Of a stretch of DNA of 21,720 bases, positions 16,444 through 21,720 are shown in pieces (position 1 is the first letter of the stretch; each line of letters opens with the position of its first letter). A program made the position numbers and the translations under genes. Where the stretch lies: positions 1-21,720 of the forward strand of contig JBFMGO010000102.1 of NCBI GenBank assembly GCA_040752695.1, written 5' to 3'. The notes below the pieces were generated by a model. It searched no databases. It was not told the DNA's origin and saw only the letters and a list, made by a program, of their open reading frames with translations. This stretch comes from a bacterium. Lineage in GTDB: Bacteria > SZUA-182 > DTGQ01.

Positions 16444-17646
16444 ATGATGCATGAGCCAAAAGATAAAGGATTCCTCATCGCTTTCTTTTTTCCGTGCATT
16501 CTCTTTTACCTTTTATCTGTCTTTGGTGCGACTGAATGCACAGGCGGCGATCTTTTCGTCCCGGATGATTTCCCTACAATCCAGGAGGCCATTGATACGG
16601 CAGAATTCGGAGATACCGTCCGGGTGGGGCCCGGCACGTATTACGAGAAGATTATCATCAAGGAAGGCGTATCACTGGTGAGCGACAGCGGGCCCGAGGG
16701 GGAAACGCTGGTAGACGGCCCCGGAGAAAAAAAGGTCTATCAAAGAACGCTCCAGACTATTATCGATGGATCAAAGCTTGATCCTCCGGACTATCTGGTG
16801 AGTTTCCAGAAAGAAACCAGTGCTCCGATGAAACTCGACGGCTTCACGATCTGTAATTTTCCAGTCAAAGCTATTGATAAATTATACCTGGTGGAAGTGC
16901 GGGGCTGCTCTGCCACCGTGATCAATAATATTATCTGCAAAAACCACTCGAAGGGCAAAGGGGGAGGGATGCTCCTGACAGGGTTGGGGCCGTCCATGGG
17001 ATCTCCTCTGGAGACAGTAGCAAAACCTGTGGCACAAAACAACGTAATTTACGATAATACCGGTACGGGTATCGCTAATGGGCCGAATTCACTCGCCTTG
17101 ATTGAGGATAACGAGATATTCGAGAACCATGCCGACCAGGCGAAAGACAGCGAGCAGGACGTGCCGGGTATTGGAATAAGAGAATATGCCCGGCCGCGGA
17201 TAGTCCGGAATCTTTGCTACCGGAATGGAAGCGGGATCGGCGGCCTTGATCTGGTCACTCATGATCAGCCCATCGTGATTCAGGATAATACGATCCGGGA
17301 TAACTGGCGGGCAGGCATCGGCTTGCGGGGAATTAACAATCAGCAGGAAAAAATTACCGTCATCATTGAGGGAAATAACATTTATGGAAACCTGAGAGCC
17401 GGAATGCGGATTGAAAATATTACCGATGCCACCGTCCAGGGGAATCAGATCTGTAATAACCTGCGGGCGGGGGCTGCCTTCTATGGGCTCAAAGATGCAC
17501 GGATTGTCAGGAATGTCTTTGCAGGGAATCTTACCGCCGGATTAGTCCTGGACATTCAAAGGGGCGTGATTGAACAGAACCGAATTTACCGCAACCTGAA
17601 CACCGGCATAAATATCCTCATCCCTTTTGAGAAACCACAGGAGTGA
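16444..17646 (+). CDS. Exported right-handed parallel beta-helix (pectin-lyase-fold / NosD-like) protein
   Basis: Hydrophobic N-terminus; VPDDFPTIQEAIDTA...GDTVRVGPGTYYE cap; repeated IxxNxIxxNxxxGI rungs. ATG 16444/16447 preferred over GTG 16387. Confidence 0.85.
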   Translation: MMHEPKDKGFLIAFFFPCILFYLLSVFGATECTGGDLFVPDDFPTIQEAIDTAEFGDTVRVGPGTYYEKIIIKEGVSLVSDSGPEGETLVDGPGEKKVYQRTLQTIIDGSKLDPPDYLVSFQKETSAPMKLDGFTICNFPVKAIDKLYLVEVRGCSATVINNIICKNHSKGKGGGMLLTGLGPSMGSPLETVAKPVAQNNVIYDNTGTGIANGPNSLALIEDNEIFENHADQAKDSEQDVPGIGIREYARPRIVRNLCYRNGSGIGGLDLVTHDQPIVIQDNTIRDNWRAGIGLRGINNQQEKITVIIEGNNIYGNLRAGMRIENITDATVQGNQICNNLRAGAAFYGLKDARIVRNVFAGNLTAGLVLDIQRGVIEQNRIYRNLNTGINILIPFEKPQE

Positions 17647-17649
17647 TGG

Positions 17650-18732
17650 ATGCTTATGAAACGACAGAGGATGCTTATCTCAGGGGTGCTGCTGCTGTGT
17701 CTGATTCTCCAGTCCTGTCACCGGGGATCGATAGTGCACAGAAAGCTCTTCGTGCCGGATGAATTCCCCACCCTGGAGGAGGCCCTCAAAATTGCAGTCT
17801 CAGGAGACACTATTATCGTGGGGCCGGGAAGGTATTCCATTTCCTCAAAGGGCATCAGCATTACCCAGGAAAAACTAACCCTTCGCAGCGCTTTGGGAGC
17901 GAAGGAAACGATTCTCATGGGAACGGGAAACGGCCCGGTCGTTTCTTTCGGGAAGGATTGCCAGGCTGTTTTTGATGGCTTTACGGTCATGGGGTCCGAC
18001 CCGAACCGGGAATGTCCCCTGAAGGGAGGGGGAATCTTGTGTGATTCGTATTCCTCCCCCACCATTATCAACAGCTCCATAAGAGACAACAAAGCTCAAT
18101 TTGGAGGAGGGATTTACTGCGCACCTTCCTCCTCGCCCAGTATTCTTCAAAATACCATCAGCGATAATCAGGCCACGGTCCTGGGAGGCGGAATTTTTTC
18201 TTTTCATGCATCTCCCAAAATCATGAAGAACCGGATTATTCGAAATACCGCCCATTTTGGAGCAGGATTATTTTGTAATGCGGATAAGGCTCTTATCCAA
18301 AACAATTTCATCGTCGAAAATAAAGCCTTGCATTCCGGCGGAGGATGCAGTTGTATCGACTCGTCGGCCACTCTGGTCAATAATACTCTGGCCCGTAACC
18401 ATGCCAGTTTCGGCGGGGGTATTTTTGGATCAGCCGGCGAATTTCAGGTGCTCAATACGATCCTCTGGGGAAACCAGGACGACCTTTGCCTTATTGATTT
18501 CAAGATGCTCTCAAGGCCGAGGTTTTCCGATATCCAGGATGCGGATTATCTGGGAATCAATGGAAATATTTCCCAGGACCCATTGTTTATCGATCCAAAC
18601 CAGGGGGATTATCGGCTGAGCCCTGAATCCGTCTGCCATCATGCAGGAGATTCCCAAAAAATGTACAATAATCCCGATAGTTCCCGAAATACTATTGGCG
18701 CACAGGGAGGACCGGAAGCTTTCACCTTTTGA
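17650..18732 (+). CDS. Right-handed parallel beta-helix protein, probable lipoprotein
   Basis: Lipobox-like LQSC; VPDEFPTLEEAL...GDTIIVGPGRY cap; Pmp-like GGGI(x)C / NxAxFGGGI rungs; C-terminal GNISQDPLF...DYRL...IGAQGGP. Starts 3 bp after the upstream stop. Confidence 0.87.
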   Translation: MLMKRQRMLISGVLLLCLILQSCHRGSIVHRKLFVPDEFPTLEEALKIAVSGDTIIVGPGRYSISSKGISITQEKLTLRSALGAKETILMGTGNGPVVSFGKDCQAVFDGFTVMGSDPNRECPLKGGGILCDSYSSPTIINSSIRDNKAQFGGGIYCAPSSSPSILQNTISDNQATVLGGGIFSFHASPKIMKNRIIRNTAHFGAGLFCNADKALIQNNFIVENKALHSGGGCSCIDSSATLVNNTLARNHASFGGGIFGSAGEFQVLNTILWGNQDDLCLIDFKMLSRPRFSDIQDADYLGINGNISQDPLFIDPNQGDYRLSPESVCHHAGDSQKMYNNPDSSRNTIGAQGGPEAFTF

Positions 18733-18786
18733 ACCAGAGGGTTCCTGGCACCTGTCTTATGGCGGGGCAATAGGGAACAGCAGAAT

Positions 18787-18866
18787 TGCCTGCTTATCCG
18801 TTTACCTGCTTATCCGTTTACCTGTTTATCTGTTTGCCTGTTTATCTGTTTATCTGTTTATCTGTT
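18787..18866. repeat. 8-bp tandem repeat (~10 copies)
   Basis: TGCCTGCT TATCCGTT TACCTGCT TATCCGTT TACCTGTT TATCTGTT TGCCTGTT TATCTGTT TATCTGTT TATCTGTT. Confidence 0.9.
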
Positions 18867-19012
18867 GATTAACCTGTTACATTATGGTATATTCATAAAA
18901 ATAACTGTTTTTTTGTCGGGCAAGTGTTTTCTTACGAAGTCTTTTTCTTACTAAACTTACGTAAGAGTTTTTCGAACTCAAGGCAGCCTGGCTTAGAATA
19001 AAAAGCTTCTCA

Positions 19013-21325
19013 ATGAGACACTCCTCAACCGTCCCCTGGTGGGATAGGATTAAAAATAAGCTTATCATATCCTTGTCCGCCGTTCTTGTCTTTTCCCTTA
19101 TTCTGCTTGGCCTGATTTGTGCCATTTCCTTCAAAATGAATATCATCGAGCAGATCAGCAATAAAAATAAACAATTGTCAACAAATATCAAAGATGGAAC
19201 AGACCTGTTCCTCTCGAGCATTATGAATGACCTTTCCTCTTTGGCTGGCACCCTGGGAGAGGAAGGAGACCTGTGGGGGGATCAGCAGCAGGAAATTCTC
19301 GATCGGTATGTAAAGAAAATGCCCGATGTCGATCAATTGACGCTCCTCGATAATCAGGGAAAAGAATGTGTGACAGTTTTTAAACAGACTGTTGACCTTG
19401 CCCGTGGCGGACGGGAAGCCTCTGGCCGTACTGAACAGGAAAAAACCGCTCTTCAGGAAAACCTGTTTGTCAGTCCCGTATATCCGTCTTACCGCGCAGT
19501 ACCCATGATCGATGTCGTTATGCCGGTCAGGAATTTCGCTGACAATAGAGTGAGGGGGACTATCAAGGCAGGGGTGTCGCTCTGCGGGCTCTGGACGAAA
19601 ATATCCTCCGTCAAATCGGGACCGGAAACAACGATTTACCTCATCGATAAGAATGGAAAATTAATAGCCCATTCTGACATCGGATTAGTTTCCACAGCGA
19701 TTGATTTCAGTCATATTAAGAAGGTAAAGCAGTTTATCTTCGGTGCCAGCCAGAATGATCTCGGGGCGCCATTGATCTATGCGGGAAATAAAAATACCGA
19801 AGTCGTTGGCGTGGCAACGTCTATCGATAGAATGAACTGGGGAGTGGTCGTTGAAGAGTCACTCGATTCAGCCCTGTCCCCTTACTATCGTATCAGGCGA
19901 ATTATTTTTTCCTCTCTGGCCGCTCTCGTTTTCCTGGCCAGTATTACCCTTGGCCTTTTCGTAATCAGGTTTACCCGATCGATCGATACCCTCACCAGAC
20001 AGGCGGATGCCATAAGCGAAGAAGAGCACTCCCCCTCGATAGAAGTGGATTCGAAGGATGAAATTTCCCACCTCGCCGAGATCATCAACCGTATGCAAAA
20101 GCAGCTCTGGGAAAAGAACGAAAAGCTGAAGCGCAGATACAAGGAACTGGAAGCCATTCACGATGAATTCCGGGAATCTTATGACGAACTCGAACAGGTC
20201 AGTGAGAAACTGGAAGCATCGCAGTCCGAATTGCATAAACAGAAGGAATTCGAGAAACAGCTTATTGAAACCGCCAATATCCTGATAGTCGTTCTCAACC
20301 AGAATGGTGAAATCATCCTCTGTAACAGAAAATGTGAAGAAGTAACCGGATACAGCAAGAATTTTATTCTCGGCAAAAGCTGGCTTCAATTGATGCCACC
20401 CTCCGAAGGGAAGGAGGAGTATATCGGCCATTTCCATGCATCCTTGCAAAACAGATGCCCCTCCATCTACGAATGCCCGATCGTAACTCACGATGGAGCG
20501 GTCAGGATAATAGCCTGGCACAGCAATCCTACCTTCGATAAGGCAAATAACATCATAGGCATCCTCAATGTCGGAGAGGATGTCACCGATGAAAAAAGCC
20601 TTCAGCAGGAGCTCGAAACAAAGAACAGGGCTCTGGAAGAGAAGAACGAGGAATTACAAAACTTCGTTTCGATCGTTTCCCATGACCTGAAGAACCCTCT
20701 TTATGTTATCAAATACTTCGCGGACACTCTCTTGCGTGAGCATAAGACCGAACTGGGGGAAGATGTCATCGACTACCTTGAGAGGATCAGAAAAAATGCG
20801 GAAATCACCGAAAAGCTGGTCCGTGACATTCTTGATTTTTCCGAAATCGGCACTTCCGAAGGCGAGTATCAAAATTATCCGATAAGCCAGCTCGTTCAGC
20901 AGGCTGTCGACGGCTTAAGACCCAAGATCGACGAGAAAAATATCCGTCTGGTCATCAGCAGCCAGTTTCCATCCCTTTATTGCAATCCCCACCGGATAAC
21001 GCAGGTATTCATGAACCTCGTTTCGAATGCCATCAAGTTTATGGACACGAAAAAGGAGGCATTGATCGAAATCGGCTGCGCCGGACGGGACGGAGAATAC
21101 GAATTTTTCGTCAGGGACAATGGGATCGGGATTGAAAAAGAATATCACGAAAAAGTCTTTCAGATGTTTCAAAGGCTCAAAGAGCTGAAACATGTGGAGG
21201 GAACCGGCGTGGGCCTGTCTATTGTCAAAAAGATCATCGAAAATCATGGCGGAAGAGTCTGGCTTGATTCCGAGAAGGGAAAAGGATCGACCTTTTACTT
21301 TACGCTCCCGGCTAAAAGACAGTGA
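19013..21325 (+). CDS. Membrane sensor histidine kinase (TM - Cache-like - TM - HAMP - coiled coil - PAS - HisKA - HATPase)
   Basis: Two TM helices; Cache motifs FVSPVY, IYLIDKNGKLIAH, NWGVVVE; HAMP DEISHLAEIINRM; PAS GEDVTDEK; H-box VSHDLKNPL; QVFMNLVSNAIKF, VRDNGIGI, GTGVGLSIVKKI. Confidence 0.95.
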   Translation: MRHSSTVPWWDRIKNKLIISLSAVLVFSLILLGLICAISFKMNIIEQISNKNKQLSTNIKDGTDLFLSSIMNDLSSLAGTLGEEGDLWGDQQQEILDRYVKKMPDVDQLTLLDNQGKECVTVFKQTVDLARGGREASGRTEQEKTALQENLFVSPVYPSYRAVPMIDVVMPVRNFADNRVRGTIKAGVSLCGLWTKISSVKSGPETTIYLIDKNGKLIAHSDIGLVSTAIDFSHIKKVKQFIFGASQNDLGAPLIYAGNKNTEVVGVATSIDRMNWGVVVEESLDSALSPYYRIRRIIFSSLAALVFLASITLGLFVIRFTRSIDTLTRQADAISEEEHSPSIEVDSKDEISHLAEIINRMQKQLWEKNEKLKRRYKELEAIHDEFRESYDELEQVSEKLEASQSELHKQKEFEKQLIETANILIVVLNQNGEIILCNRKCEEVTGYSKNFILGKSWLQLMPPSEGKEEYIGHFHASLQNRCPSIYECPIVTHDGAVRIIAWHSNPTFDKANNIIGILNVGEDVTDEKSLQQELETKNRALEEKNEELQNFVSIVSHDLKNPLYVIKYFADTLLREHKTELGEDVIDYLERIRKNAEITEKLVRDILDFSEIGTSEGEYQNYPISQLVQQAVDGLRPKIDEKNIRLVISSQFPSLYCNPHRITQVFMNLVSNAIKFMDTKKEALIEIGCAGRDGEYEFFVRDNGIGIEKEYHEKVFQMFQRLKELKHVEGTGVGLSIVKKIIENHGGRVWLDSEKGKGSTFYFTLPAKRQ

Positions 21326-21397
21326 TCGGAAAAGCCCTCAAGCGGGGGGAGGGGAGATGGATAGTGGACTGTATGCTGGCGCTCTTTCCCTCCGGAC

Positions 21398-21500
21398 ATG
21401 CAGGCACAATGCAGACACCATGCAGGCACAATGCAGGCACAATGCAGACAATATGACTTTCCAGACGATGCTCCAGACGATTTTCCAGATGATGTTCCAG
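21398..21500. repeat. Compound minisatellite: five 11-bp units followed by ~3.5 12-bp units
   Basis: ATGCAG(G/A)CA(CA/CC/AT) x5 (21398-21452), then (T/C)TCCAGA(C/T)GAT(G/T) (21459-21500). Confidence 0.9.
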
Positions 21501-21558
21501 TTCTTGTTCTTTACCAGCCTTTTTGGATAATTACCGGCCTTTTCGGACAATTACCCTT

Positions 21559-21720
21559 TATCGAAGGTTCCGTAATCGCTCCTTGCCCGGACCCCCATCG
21601 TATCTCATTGCAAAATAAACGAGCCATCGTTGCCTCTGTCCATTCCAGTGCCTTTTTGGGGGTCATGGCCATATTGGGCTTGAGCGATCTTATGGATGTG
21701 CTCTGAGCAATGATAGTAGT
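21559..21720 (-). pseudogene. Frameshifted, truncated transposase fragment, ISKra4/UPF0236-like
   Basis: Minus strand reads (D)YYHCSEHIHKIAQAQYGHDPQK, then after a 1-nt shift in the A5 run (21657-21653) continues ALEWTEATMARLFCNE, stopping at 21559. The DxxH-like motif followed by W resembles ISKra4/IS256-group transposases. Not in the supplied ORF track. Confidence 0.7.

Noticed and set aside
21398..21706. 102-aa ORF starting MQAQCRHHAG
   Set aside because: Translation of the minisatellite plus the antisense of the transposase relic.
12783..21720. tRNA-anchored genomic island or prophage
   Set aside because: No integrase and no duplicated tRNA 3' end (att site) seen within the window.

Overview
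Bacterial chromosomal window with core and accessory genes; the organism cannot be identified from the sequence alone. In order it holds: the 3' part of a SAM-dependent O-methyltransferase; a start-less P-loop ATPase remnant; a secreted Pro/Trp-rich protein flanked by dRS3/REP-like palindromes; a minus-strand operon encoding a 715-aa exported protein with 24 Dx[DN]xDG-type repeats followed by exbB, exbD and tonB, with no TonB-dependent receptor in view; a secreted alpha/beta-hydrolase overlapping a convergent sulfotransferase; ettA; tRNA-Glu(TTC); a hybrid sensor kinase; two exported beta-helix proteins; a Cache-HAMP-PAS sensor kinase; and a frameshifted ISKra4-like transposase fragment at the right edge. 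The strongest candidates for novelty are (i) the repeat protein-ExbBD-TonB operon, (ii) a ~130-nt multi-stem RNA structure just behind its predicted sigma70 promoter, and (iii) many unrelated minisatellites, at gene junctions and as in-frame 12-bp arrays inside genes. All calls come from reading motifs by eye; no database searches were run.
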